Assembly: GCA_019057375.1 (NCBI GenBank) | Contig: DXJF01000050.1 | Location: 72,895 to 136,894 of the forward strand | DNA from: Candidatus Heimdallarchaeota archaeon | GTDB lineage: Archaea; Asgardarchaeota; Heimdallarchaeia; Heimdallarchaeales; Heimdallarchaeaceae | Length of the DNA stretch: 64,000 bases | Direction of reading: 5' to 3' | Part shown: positions 38,828 to 47,911 of the stretch, one piece after another | How the letters are laid out: the number at the start of each line of letters is the position of its first letter | Position numbering within the stretch: the stretch's first letter is position 1 | Notes under the pieces: generated by a model | Seen by the model: the letters and a program-made list of their open reading frames with translations, nothing else | What the model was told of the DNA's origin: nothing | Database searches by the model: none | Position numbers and translations under genes: made by a program

Positions 38828-39913
38828 ATGTTTGCTGTTGGTGCAAACTTCAGAACATGGATGAGGTCATTGATTGAGAATAAGTTTAACCTATCTCTAA
38901 AAAGAATACTACAAATTTTCTTTATCACTCTACTTGTAGTATTTTTCACTCCTTTTGGTTGGATAGAATCTTTGCTTTTCAATCGCAAAGTAAAGAATAT
39001 AAAATTAGAAGAAGATCCTCTCTTCATTCTCGGTCACTGGAGAAATGGAACAACCTTTCTCCAGGAATTACTTATTCGAAACCTCAATCATAATTATATG
39101 ACTGTGTTCGAGTCAATATTCTCCAATCATTTTCTGTATTTTGAAAAACTGATGAAATGGTTACTTGGTTTGTTTTTACCAGAAACTAGACCTCAAGATG
39201 ATGTTAAATTTGGTGTAGATTCACCACATGAACATGAGATTGCAATTGCCAATCTGTGTTCAATGTCTCCATACTTGGGTGGTTATTTCCCTTTGAATGT
39301 TGAGTTCTATAGTCGATATGCTTTATTTAAAGACTTATCTCAGAATCAAATAAACAAAATCAAATTTTATACAGAATATGTTATCAAAAAACTTTATCTG
39401 AAAAAAGGGAATAAATTACTAATTCTAAAAAGTCCATTTGATACAGCAAAAGTTGACCTTCTTATAGATCTTTATCCCAACGCCAAATTTGTTCATATTT
39501 ATAGAGACCCATACGAGGTTTTTTTTTCAACAAAACGATTGCATGAAAGAACAGGTAATCTCCTTAGATTACAAAAAGGGTATCCAGATCTAAACAAGTT
39601 TATTCTCAATTCTTATAGAGATATTTATGAGAAATATTACACAGATAAAAAACTAGTTCCAAAACATAATTTAGTTGAAATCAGATATGAAGATTTCATA
39701 GCTGATCCTATAGCTTTCATAAAGCTGATTTATGATAAATTTAATCTCAAAGGTTTTGAAGAAGCTTTACCTGAAATTGAAGAGTATCTTACAAGTGAGA
39801 AAGACTATAAAAGACATAAGTATAACATTTCGTTAAAAGACAAACAAAGGATTTATTCTTATTGGTATACAATAATTGATAGAATGGGATATAATAAACC
39901 AAAACAAGCTTAA
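38828..39913 (+). CDS. Sulfotransferase family protein, paralog 2
   Basis: GHWRNGTT, RPQDD, LKSP, HIYRDPY; colinear with paralog 1. Confidence 0.9.
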   Translation: MFAVGANFRTWMRSLIENKFNLSLKRILQIFFITLLVVFFTPFGWIESLLFNRKVKNIKLEEDPLFILGHWRNGTTFLQELLIRNLNHNYMTVFESIFSNHFLYFEKLMKWLLGLFLPETRPQDDVKFGVDSPHEHEIAIANLCSMSPYLGGYFPLNVEFYSRYALFKDLSQNQINKIKFYTEYVIKKLYLKKGNKLLILKSPFDTAKVDLLIDLYPNAKFVHIYRDPYEVFFSTKRLHERTGNLLRLQKGYPDLNKFILNSYRDIYEKYYTDKKLVPKHNLVEIRYEDFIADPIAFIKLIYDKFNLKGFEEALPEIEEYLTSEKDYKRHKYNISLKDKQRIYSYWYTIIDRMGYNKPKQA

Positions 39914-40048
39914 GAATGCAATTATTCAAACTTCTGACAGTTTGAACAGATATAGTTGTTTGTGCTTGAAACACTTATTTTTTCAATTTTAGTACTGCAG
40001 TTTGGACAAGTTTTTCATGCCCTCTTTGAACTAATTATTCTCTCATAT

Positions 40049-40561
40049 TCACCTTTCAGGAGGGATAGTAACAGAATATCCACCTTCAGTGTGAGAACTT
40101 CTTAGCTTCCAGATATTAAAACCAACTCCAAAACATAAAATCTTTGGATCTGGTTCGATTTTAATATAAACATATTCTTCATCTCTCTCAAAATCAATAT
40201 CTGCAATTATCATTTTCAAAATTCTCTTCTCTGAAAAGATATCAATTATATCCTCTGTATTTACGGGTACTAATTTAGCTACTCCGTTCAATGTAATCGT
40301 ACCAGAGGGAACAAAACGTAGATGATGATGTGGGAAAGGTATAATGAAAGATACTTTCGGGTTTCTCTGTATGTTTCTTACTTTCCTATATTTTCCTGAA
40401 GTTAATAGGTACAAAGCAAATTCAGTATCAGGTTTTGAAACTCCATAAAGAATTCCAGTTGTATGTGGAGTTCCATCTGAATTCAAAGTATGAAGTATTC
40501 CAAATGTTTTTTTTCGTATTTCTTTCTCAACAAAAGAGAAGTTGAACTTAGTCATGTGCAA
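40049..40561 (-). CDS. Pyridoxamine 5'-phosphate oxidase-like (split-barrel flavin-binding) protein
   Basis: GILHTLNSDGTPH, RKVRNIQRNPKVSF. Confidence 0.8.
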   Translation of the reverse strand: MHMTKFNFSFVEKEIRKKTFGILHTLNSDGTPHTTGILYGVSKPDTEFALYLLTSGKYRKVRNIQRNPKVSFIIPFPHHHLRFVPSGTITLNGVAKLVPVNTEDIIDIFSEKRILKMIIADIDFERDEEYVYIKIEPDPKILCFGVGFNIWKLRSSHTEGGYSVTIPPER

Positions 40562-40661
40562 ACATTTTCACCTACAACTAAAGACATTTCAAAGGATATA
40601 AGCTTATTTAATTTTCCTTCTGCTTAAATGACTTTTTAAAGTAAAAACTACTTGTTATACA

Positions 40662-41135
40662 ATGAATAAAATGAATGAAGAGACTAAGCAATTATTGGAA
40701 GAATTAATGGAAAGGCCTTACTCAGCATATCTAGCGACGATTGATGAAAATGGTTTTCCATCCATAAGAACTGTTTTCAATTTGCGGTGTAAAGAGAAAT
40801 TTGCTCATCCTGCTAAAGTAATTGAAGATTATGACGATAATCCTTATACTGTCTATATATCTACTAACACATCTTCAGTCAAGATGAAACATATCTTAAA
40901 TGACCAGAGAATTGCTTTGTATTTCAGTATTCCAGATGAAGTTAAAGGTATCATGTTACAAGGGAAAGCTGAAGTATTGGAAGATAAGGAATTTAAAAAG
41001 AATATTTGGATGGATAATTGGAAAATCTATTACCCATTAGGATATGATGATCCTGATTTTACAATTCTCAAACTAAAGCCTAAGATTTTGAGAGGATGGT
41101 TCAGAGGACCCCATAAACACAAATTTACTGACTGA
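40662..41135 (+). CDS. Pyridoxamine 5'-phosphate oxidase-like / general stress protein 26 family
   Basis: YLATIDENGFPSIR, STNTSSVKM, YYPLGYDDPDF. Confidence 0.82.
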   Translation: MNKMNEETKQLLEELMERPYSAYLATIDENGFPSIRTVFNLRCKEKFAHPAKVIEDYDDNPYTVYISTNTSSVKMKHILNDQRIALYFSIPDEVKGIMLQGKAEVLEDKEFKKNIWMDNWKIYYPLGYDDPDFTILKLKPKILRGWFRGPHKHKFTD

Positions 41136-41200
41136 TTTTTTGTTCAACTTACTGAATAGATTTCAAGCAGCTTTATTAGTAGAAAGGAGATAGAACACCT

Positions 41201-41740
41201 ATGACATCCAGAAAGGAAACAAATGTTAAGGATGTATGCATTGATTTACTAGAGATAGCAGATATTAATTTTCTAGCAAATTTACATGGTTTAAAACCGG
41301 AAGATGTAGAAGTTAAAGCCCACTCTGATATAAACTCAATCAAAACAATAGTAAGACATTGTGTCCGACAAATGGATAGGACTATTGAAACTTATACAAA
41401 TAATAGAGTAATGAAAGATCAAAAGGAGTATTCATTCAAGGAAATAATAGATATGTATCTTCAAATCTCTCAAACTTTCTTTGGAATGCTAAGAAAATTT
41501 CCACTAGAAGCATATAATGATAATCCTGGAGGAACTGGGGAAATCCTAAATAAGAGGATACAAAGGATAGCTCTTCATTATCTTGGACATACTGGTCAAG
41601 TCGTTCTCATCAGGAAAATGCTAGGAAGAGGAATATCTGGTGCTTATAGCTTTGTTAAAGCAATGTCAATACCGACTAGAAAGAAAATAAGAAAAGAATG
41701 GTTAGAATGGTGGTCTGAAAGCAAAGAAGATTTTTCCTAG
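41201..41740 (+). CDS. DinB-like protein
   Basis: SIKTIVRH and HYLGHTGQV..IRKMLG His motifs. Confidence 0.75.
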   Translation: MTSRKETNVKDVCIDLLEIADINFLANLHGLKPEDVEVKAHSDINSIKTIVRHCVRQMDRTIETYTNNRVMKDQKEYSFKEIIDMYLQISQTFFGMLRKFPLEAYNDNPGGTGEILNKRIQRIALHYLGHTGQVVLIRKMLGRGISGAYSFVKAMSIPTRKKIRKEWLEWWSESKEDFS

Positions 41741-41812
41741 TTCTAATCCACAGATAAAGTAATTTTATTCTAAAGTAAAGGTTTTAAATGCAACTTTTTG
41801 CATTCTCTTGTT

Positions 41813-42673
41813 ATGTCTCAGCAAGAGCAAGTATTCAATAATGTACTCATATCAGAGTTCGAAAAAACTGCTAAAGAACAATATGTAGAAGTTTCAGATG
41901 GTTCTGAAATTAGAATCTTAACCACTAAAGCTCTTGAAGAAGAAGTAAATGGATATACTCTTTTGCTTATTCCAGGCTGGGGTACAGTTGTACCTGGTTG
42001 GGAAGAAGTTTTCATGGAAGCTATCAAAGATTTTGATATACTATACGTTGAATCTAGAGAAAAACTTTCTTTTCGACCAGGGGAAGGGAAGATCAAAAAT
42101 GATTTAGAAAGACTTGCTTTGGATGTTCAGGAGATTGTAGAATATCTAGAAATTGATCAAAATAAAATGGTTACTCTTACTTCTTCTTTCAGTACTTTAA
42201 CAATTGCAAATCTTTTGGGTTCTAAGAAGATTAAACCAGCTTTATCTGTTCTCATTGGACCTGTATTTCAATTTAATATGCCTCCAACAACTAGATATCT
42301 AACGCATATTGTACCTCTCTTCCTCGTTTCTATGACTAAACCAATATGGCGGTGGTGGGTTAAGAAATTCAAAAGTGAGGATCCTGTTCAAGCAGCGAAG
42401 TATATCAGAACTTTAGAGGAAGCTGATTTTAAGAAGTGGAAAGCTGTTGCCAAAAGGGTTTGTTTTACTAAAGTTTGGGATTTATACAGACAAATAGAAG
42501 AAAATTATGTTGTAGTCATAGGAATGGAAACTGATAAAATGCATGCTGTTGAATTATCAAAGGATATAGCTGCAGCAATCTCTAATGCTGAATACTTAGA
42601 TATGGGAACCAATCGAGCTACACATTCAGCTGAAATGGTAGTTGTTATAAGAAAACTCTTGAAGAAAATTTAG
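41813..42673 (+). CDS. Alpha/beta-hydrolase fold protein
   Basis: LIPGWG oxyanion loop, TSSFS nucleophile-elbow variant, ETDKMH, ATHS. Confidence 0.72.
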   Translation: MSQQEQVFNNVLISEFEKTAKEQYVEVSDGSEIRILTTKALEEEVNGYTLLLIPGWGTVVPGWEEVFMEAIKDFDILYVESREKLSFRPGEGKIKNDLERLALDVQEIVEYLEIDQNKMVTLTSSFSTLTIANLLGSKKIKPALSVLIGPVFQFNMPPTTRYLTHIVPLFLVSMTKPIWRWWVKKFKSEDPVQAAKYIRTLEEADFKKWKAVAKRVCFTKVWDLYRQIEENYVVVIGMETDKMHAVELSKDIAAAISNAEYLDMGTNRATHSAEMVVVIRKLLKKI

Positions 42674-42774
42674 TAAATTAATCAATTTATTACAGAATTA
42701 AATAAGAAATCTAATTCCTATTCTAAAGAAGAGAAAAATAAAGTGGGTGATAAGGGTGCATATTCATCCAATCC

Positions 42775-44070
42775 TCAATCACCGATAGTATGTATTGTTT
42801 CTATAGTTTGTTTTGAAAAATTAAACATCCTTGTTCTTAGGGTCAAAAACAAAACACCGATGAATATAACTATACTAGCTGACATCATTGTATTTGTTAT
42901 ACCTATAGCATCTGATGTTAATCCAGATAAAGATAAACAAGTAAAACTAAATATCTGGAGGTAGGCATTGGTTGCACTGTATGCCCTTCCTCTTACTTCA
43001 TTAGGTACTTCTTCTGCGAAATAAGCATTGATGCTCAAACCCATCATTCCATTTAAGGTACCCATTATTAACCCCAGAGCACCTATTACATAAATAGAAG
43101 TTGTAAATTGGAAGATAAAGTAGTATATTACTAGAGAAAAAGCACCCATAGTTATTGCTCTTGAACGACCAATTTTTTTCTCAAATTTACCAAATATTAG
43201 ATTTCCTGCTACAGTTCCAAATGCAATGATAGCTCCCACTATACCATATTCTGTTTGAGCAAGCTGTTCGAATAATTGATCCCCCCCATGGCGTATTTCG
43301 AATACCCAAGGGTAGAGTAAGGGACCTGCAAACGAAGCTCCAATTGTAGTAACTGTATATAATAAGATTAAAACCTTGATTATCTTGTGTTGGAATAAGT
43401 AAACAAATCCCTCTCGCATATCTTTGAAAATAGTTTTCACGGTCAAGCGTACTTTATCTCTTGAAGCTGAAGGTATCATTGTGAAGAATATAAATATTCC
43501 AGATACAATATAGCATCCACTTGTTATCCAAAAAGTAGGTGCTCCAAAGAATGCATAAACAGGTGCCGCAATTAATGGCCCCATCACAGCAAAGGTTTGA
43601 AAGATGAGTCGGCTAATACTAATTGCTTTAACATAAAGATTCTTACCTACAATCTCGGGTATAGCAGCCGAACGAGGAGCAGCAAAGCTTGATGAGCCCA
43701 CTCCATCTAGAAAAGCAATAATCAGTAATGGATACATAGTACTAATGAAGGGGATAGCTATGATCGAAACAGCTCTTAATAAATCTGAAGTAACCATAAT
43801 TGTTTTTCTGCTAATCCTATCTGCAAATACACCAGAAATGGGTCCTATTAATATCCAAGGTAGGGTTTGTGCTGCTAAAACTAAAGTCATCTTTGTTGCA
43901 GATCCAGTGATACTATAAACATAAAGAACAATAGAGATTCTAAAGACAGCGTCACCAATATTACTAAAAGTTTGACCTGCTAGTAACTTCACGAAATTTT
44001 TGTTTTTGAAAACATCTGAGAAAGAGGATTCCTCTTTCAATTCTAAATTAGCTTCACTCATCTTTTTCAC
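42775..44070 (-). CDS. MFS exporter (DHA3 / macrolide-efflux-like)
   Basis: GQTFSNIGD, GVFADRISRK, SDLLRA, EVPNEVRGRA. Confidence 0.9.
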   Translation of the reverse strand: MKKMSEANLELKEESSFSDVFKNKNFVKLLAGQTFSNIGDAVFRISIVLYVYSITGSATKMTLVLAAQTLPWILIGPISGVFADRISRKTIMVTSDLLRAVSIIAIPFISTMYPLLIIAFLDGVGSSSFAAPRSAAIPEIVGKNLYVKAISISRLIFQTFAVMGPLIAAPVYAFFGAPTFWITSGCYIVSGIFIFFTMIPSASRDKVRLTVKTIFKDMREGFVYLFQHKIIKVLILLYTVTTIGASFAGPLLYPWVFEIRHGGDQLFEQLAQTEYGIVGAIIAFGTVAGNLIFGKFEKKIGRSRAITMGAFSLVIYYFIFQFTTSIYVIGALGLIMGTLNGMMGLSINAYFAEEVPNEVRGRAYSATNAYLQIFSFTCLSLSGLTSDAIGITNTMMSASIVIFIGVLFLTLRTRMFNFSKQTIETIHTIGD

Positions 44071-44089
44071 TCACTTTTGAAAAAAAGAT

Positions 44090-44194
44090 TTAATGTAAGC
44101 TTCCTCTATGCAAAACATGTTTTTCTAAGGAAGCTAACTTTTTCTTACGCCATTCCATTTGAACTAAATCCTGTTTCTTTGCCTTTCTTACCAT
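44090..44194 (-). CDS. 34-aa basic micro-protein MVRKAKKQDLVQMEWRKKKLASLEKHVLHRGSLH (not in ORF track)
   Basis: ATG at 44194 preceded by GGTGATAAAA, the SD and spacing used by clear genes here; TAA at 44092-44090. Confidence 0.6.
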   Translation of the reverse strand: MVRKAKKQDLVQMEWRKKKLASLEKHVLHRGSLH

Positions 44195-44228
44195 TTTTAT
44201 CACCTTTCATTTTATGCCATATACCAGG

Positions 44229-44396
44229 TTAAATGTAAGATACATTATGCCCTACTGGATACCTAGAACGAGCTTTTACTCTTCTAGCGCGACGAGCTCT
44301 TTTGAGCTGATTCAACTCTAATTCGAGTGCCTTAATCCTTTCATCTAATGAGTTATCGATCATCAGATTTTCCATGTTAATGAGTTTAGAGGTCAT
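44229..44396 (-). CDS. 55-aa coiled-coil / Arg-rich micro-protein
   Basis: ATG at 44396 preceded by TGTGATAAAAAA; ERIKALELELNQLK heptad followed by RARRARRVKARSR. Confidence 0.6.
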   Translation of the reverse strand: MTSKLINMENLMIDNSLDERIKALELELNQLKRARRARRVKARSRYPVGHNVSYI

Positions 44397-44413
44397 TTTT
44401 TTATCACATACTT

Positions 44414-44555
44414 TCCTCAACAAGTTTTCTCAACTTGCTGAGAATTGTTCTCAAACACAGTATATGCGGTCTAGTATTTAAGGGTTTCTCAATACGTTGA
44501 GAAATGCTCTCGCTTTAGCAAGATTGTTGCCCATTCGAATGAGAATGTTTATATA
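44414..44555. promoter_or_regulatory. Divergent promoter with TTCTCAA-N4-TTGAGAA palindromes
   Basis: Perfect TTTCTCAA-TACG-TTGAGAAA at 44485-44504; one-mismatch copy at 44427-44444; half-sites at 44414, 44448 and 44540; TATA-like TTAAATA (minus, 44475-44481) and TTTATATA (plus, 44548-44555). Confidence 0.75.
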
Positions 44556-44589
44556 GGATTGTAAAAATGTTAACGTGGAAGTCTAATTC

Positions 44590-45225
44590 ATGAGTGACAG
44601 AACTTATAGTGATTTCGAGCAATTAGCTGTTAAAATTATTGTAGAAGATGAAGCTTTAAAGCTTTTAGTCAATCCAATATATCGTCCAATTTTACTTGTG
44701 CTGAGAGAAGGAATCAAAACAGCAGAAGAGATTGAGGAAGCACTACTAACGAAAAAAGAGTATCAAGTAGTTACTGTGAAAGCACCTAGTTTGAAGACAA
44801 TATATAGACACCTAAAAGCTTTGACTAGTGCAGGATTAGTTACTCAAGCTGGAACTAGAGGAACACAAAGACTCTTTGCTAGAACAGCTAAATTCTTTTA
44901 TCTTAAAGATAGTAAAAAGGAACATTTAGTACCTGAAAAAATAAAAACAAAAGCTAAATTGCTAAGCACGATACTGCAAATTGGACTTGATATTCCAAAA
45001 CCACCCTTGGATTGTTTAGGTAATTTAATAGAAAAAATATACAAATTTGAAGCTGATTGTGGTGAAGATCTTTTTACTGAACATGCTGAAGAAATAGCAG
45101 AGTTTCTAGGAGATGTTCCCCTAGAAGATTTACAAAGTATTCTAAACATGTACAGTACTATTAATTTCCTTTTGAGAAAAGATAAATTTACTAAGGATTT
45201 CAAAGATTGTTTAAAACTAACTTAA
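44590..45225 (+). CDS. Winged-helix (ArsR-like) transcriptional regulator
   Basis: NPIYRPILLVLR, TAEEI, TIYRHLKALTSAGLV. Confidence 0.85.
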   Translation: MSDRTYSDFEQLAVKIIVEDEALKLLVNPIYRPILLVLREGIKTAEEIEEALLTKKEYQVVTVKAPSLKTIYRHLKALTSAGLVTQAGTRGTQRLFARTAKFFYLKDSKKEHLVPEKIKTKAKLLSTILQIGLDIPKPPLDCLGNLIEKIYKFEADCGEDLFTEHAEEIAEFLGDVPLEDLQSILNMYSTINFLLRKDKFTKDFKDCLKLT

Positions 45226-45259
45226 TCTAAGAGGATTTTGATTATTGGGGGAAACCAAA

Positions 45260-45922
45260 CTACATATCTTCTTTATCTAACAATATAATTGCTGTAAGAT
45301 TCACCATCAAAGCTACTTTCTGAGTTACTATGTCTAAACCAATATTGATAATATGACATGTCTCCAATAAACAAGCTAACAAATGTATGGCAAAGGCAAG
45401 AAATACTAGCCAAACAAAGATAAAATCATTCCAGAAATCAAGACTTTGTCTATTTAATTCTGGTTTGTGTTTTCTCATATACCTTAAGATTTGACATACA
45501 AAGTTGAAAGCAGCAAAAGAAAGCATAAAGATAGCAGCACCTATACTATGAAATATTGCAAAAGAAGGATGGTCCCAAGGAAGCGATATTCCGATCCCTC
45601 CAACCATCATTATTAGAAGAAGAGCTCCTTTAACATAGTTATATCGTAATTTTCTCAGGATGAAGTAAGATATGGATAACCCTAGAGCAAATATACTAAC
45701 AAAAATAAAACCAATCATCATAATTAAAGAGGATTTAGTGTTATCCAAACCGGTATCACTTTCTATCCCGCCTAAATGGCTTATAGTTTCACTAAAGAAA
45801 TCATATTTCTCTGAATAGAGAGACCATGCTAAAGCTATTGTAATTACTATTAAGAACCCTAGAGACCAAATGATGAAACGAAGATTTCTCTGAATTCTCA
45901 TGATTCTATTCGAATCAATCAT
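45260..45922 (-). CDS. Polytopic membrane protein, DUF998-like
   Basis: ETISHLG near the N-terminus, five hydrophobic segments, FHSIGA. Confidence 0.6.
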   Translation of the reverse strand: MIDSNRIMRIQRNLRFIIWSLGFLIVITIALAWSLYSEKYDFFSETISHLGGIESDTGLDNTKSSLIMMIGFIFVSIFALGLSISYFILRKLRYNYVKGALLLIMMVGGIGISLPWDHPSFAIFHSIGAAIFMLSFAAFNFVCQILRYMRKHKPELNRQSLDFWNDFIFVWLVFLAFAIHLLACLLETCHIINIGLDIVTQKVALMVNLTAIILLDKEDM

Positions 45923-46001
45923 AATATTAGCATTATTTCTATTCTATATATCTGTTTCACATATTTCCATTAACTAAATGAAAATAGTTGCTAAATTACG
46001 A

Positions 46002-47267
46002 TTACTCCTTTGTTCTAAGATAGTTACATACAGATTCATAGGAAAATTTCTCTAGATTTTCTAATGCTTCACTTTCTCTATTAGCAATATAGTCTTCAAT
46101 ATAATGCATTATTCCGTAATCAATTACTGTCTGTTCTCTTTCTTCATCATTCAACTTAGAAAAATCTCTTTTGTAAGTATTCAGAAATCTTGCAGCTTCA
46201 TTTAATTGTCTTATTTCATATTTTGAGCTTTTGACAAAGAAACTCTTAAGATATGCTAACCTCTGAAAAAGAGCTGAAAGCTCCAAATTAGTCTTTATTC
46301 TACCTTCTGGCACATATCTTTCTGATGTATAATCTAACCCTAACTCATATCCTAGTTTATATCCTTTAATCTCAGGCCAAATTAAACCAAGTTCCTTAAA
46401 TTCAGCTCTATCTAGATTCCCATATTTATCTTCATTTCCATAGAGAATCTTGTATTTTGGATAGATATCTGGGAAATGTTCTTTCAAGGTATTCATGAAT
46501 TCAGTTTTGTTTCTTCCAGGTTTAAGCGTTAACCCCCAACAATAAATGAATTCAGCGTCTACTTCTTTTGCTGTCCTATAGATAGCATTCAGATTTTCAT
46601 CTGTATCTCCGATAAATGGTAATGTTGGATAGAAGTAAATTCCTGAATGAATCCCCTCAGATCTTAATTTATCAATAGCTTCAAACCTTTCTTGAGATGT
46701 GCTCGCATTAGGTTCAAAGATTTTCTGTTTTTTCTCATCAGCTAAAGTAATTGTGAAACTGGCACAAGCGTAGGTATCTTCATTGATTTTCTTTAAAAGA
46801 TCTAAATCACGAAGAATTAGTGTATTTTTAGTAAGGAAGAAAACAGGAATCTTATAATCATAAGCTATTTGCAGAAGCTTTCTAGTCATTTTCACTTCTT
46901 TTTCAGCTGGTTGGTAAACATCACATACTCCACCACCGATGAATAGGACAAACTTCTTTGTTTTGGAAGAATCTGCAGCTTCTCTTAACTTCGGAAAGTA
47001 ATCTACGAGTGTGGATGTTTTCTCACGGTTTACCGGAAAAAAACCTTGTTTTTTAAAATAAAGTTCTAATAACTCCGGAGCATTTTTCTTTACTCTAATT
47101 CTTTGACCAAAATCGTCATGCATGTAATAACTTTCAGCTTTACCATCACAATAAACGCAATCATGTTCGCACCCCTGGTAAGGATTAAGATAGACTTCAG
47201 CCCATGAAAACAGTGATGTTTTTGCAGTTCGAACTAAAGATTTAGCATCATATTCTTCGATTATCAT
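46002..47267 (-). CDS. Radical SAM protein (spore photoproduct lyase-like / Rv2578c family)
   Basis: NPYQGCEHDCVYC (CxxxCxxC), DVYQPAE, LTKNTLILRD, FEPNAST. Confidence 0.88.
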   Translation of the reverse strand: MIIEEYDAKSLVRTAKTSLFSWAEVYLNPYQGCEHDCVYCDGKAESYYMHDDFGQRIRVKKNAPELLELYFKKQGFFPVNREKTSTLVDYFPKLREAADSSKTKKFVLFIGGGVCDVYQPAEKEVKMTRKLLQIAYDYKIPVFFLTKNTLILRDLDLLKKINEDTYACASFTITLADEKKQKIFEPNASTSQERFEAIDKLRSEGIHSGIYFYPTLPFIGDTDENLNAIYRTAKEVDAEFIYCWGLTLKPGRNKTEFMNTLKEHFPDIYPKYKILYGNEDKYGNLDRAEFKELGLIWPEIKGYKLGYELGLDYTSERYVPEGRIKTNLELSALFQRLAYLKSFFVKSSKYEIRQLNEAARFLNTYKRDFSKLNDEEREQTVIDYGIMHYIEDYIANRESEALENLEKFSYESVCNYLRTKE

Positions 47268-47385
47268 AGCACGACCTTTTCAAGTCAAATAAGATTTCAT
47301 TATAAGAATATGCTCAAGAGAATAATAATATTACGAAAAAGAAAATAATTTATGTTAGCTCAGTTCTATTCAACATAGTGGTTTT

Positions 47386-47829
47386 ATGCACAAACTAGAA
47401 TTTGAAATAAATGTAGCAACGGAAAACCAAATCAGTGATATTAAATCCCTTCTAAAGAATTTAAACTTAGTATATGAAGATGTAGATAAATATGTTGAAA
47501 ATTTTATAGTTGTGCTGGAAAACAAACAAATAGTTGGATGTGCTGGTTTCGAAAAATATGAGGAAGTAGGCCTTTTAAGATCAGTAGCTGTAGATTCTAA
47601 ACATCAAGGTAAGGGGATAGGTCACAAATTAATTAAAGAGATAAATGCAAATGCTAGTAAAAGAGAAATAAAAGAGTTCTACCTTTTAACTGATTCTGCT
47701 AGCCAATTCTTCCATAAATTTGGCTTTGAAGAAGTTTCTAGAGCGAATGTTGATATAAGGATTAAGAAAACATATGAATACTCTGAAGCCTGTCCCGAAT
47801 CTGCAATTGTAATGAAGAAGATTCTTTAA
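47386..47829 (+). CDS. GNAT acetyltransferase (ArgA/ArsN2-like)
   Basis: VGCAGFE, GLLRSVAV, QGKGIG, YLLT, FFHKFGF. Confidence 0.85.
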   Translation: MHKLEFEINVATENQISDIKSLLKNLNLVYEDVDKYVENFIVVLENKQIVGCAGFEKYEEVGLLRSVAVDSKHQGKGIGHKLIKEINANASKREIKEFYLLTDSASQFFHKFGFEEVSRANVDIRIKKTYEYSEACPESAIVMKKIL

Positions 47830-47911
47830 TTATTTTTATACCAAAAACATATATTTAACATAACTTGAAAAACTGAAGAATTGTGTGAAATTATACAAGT
47901 GAGAGTTAGCT

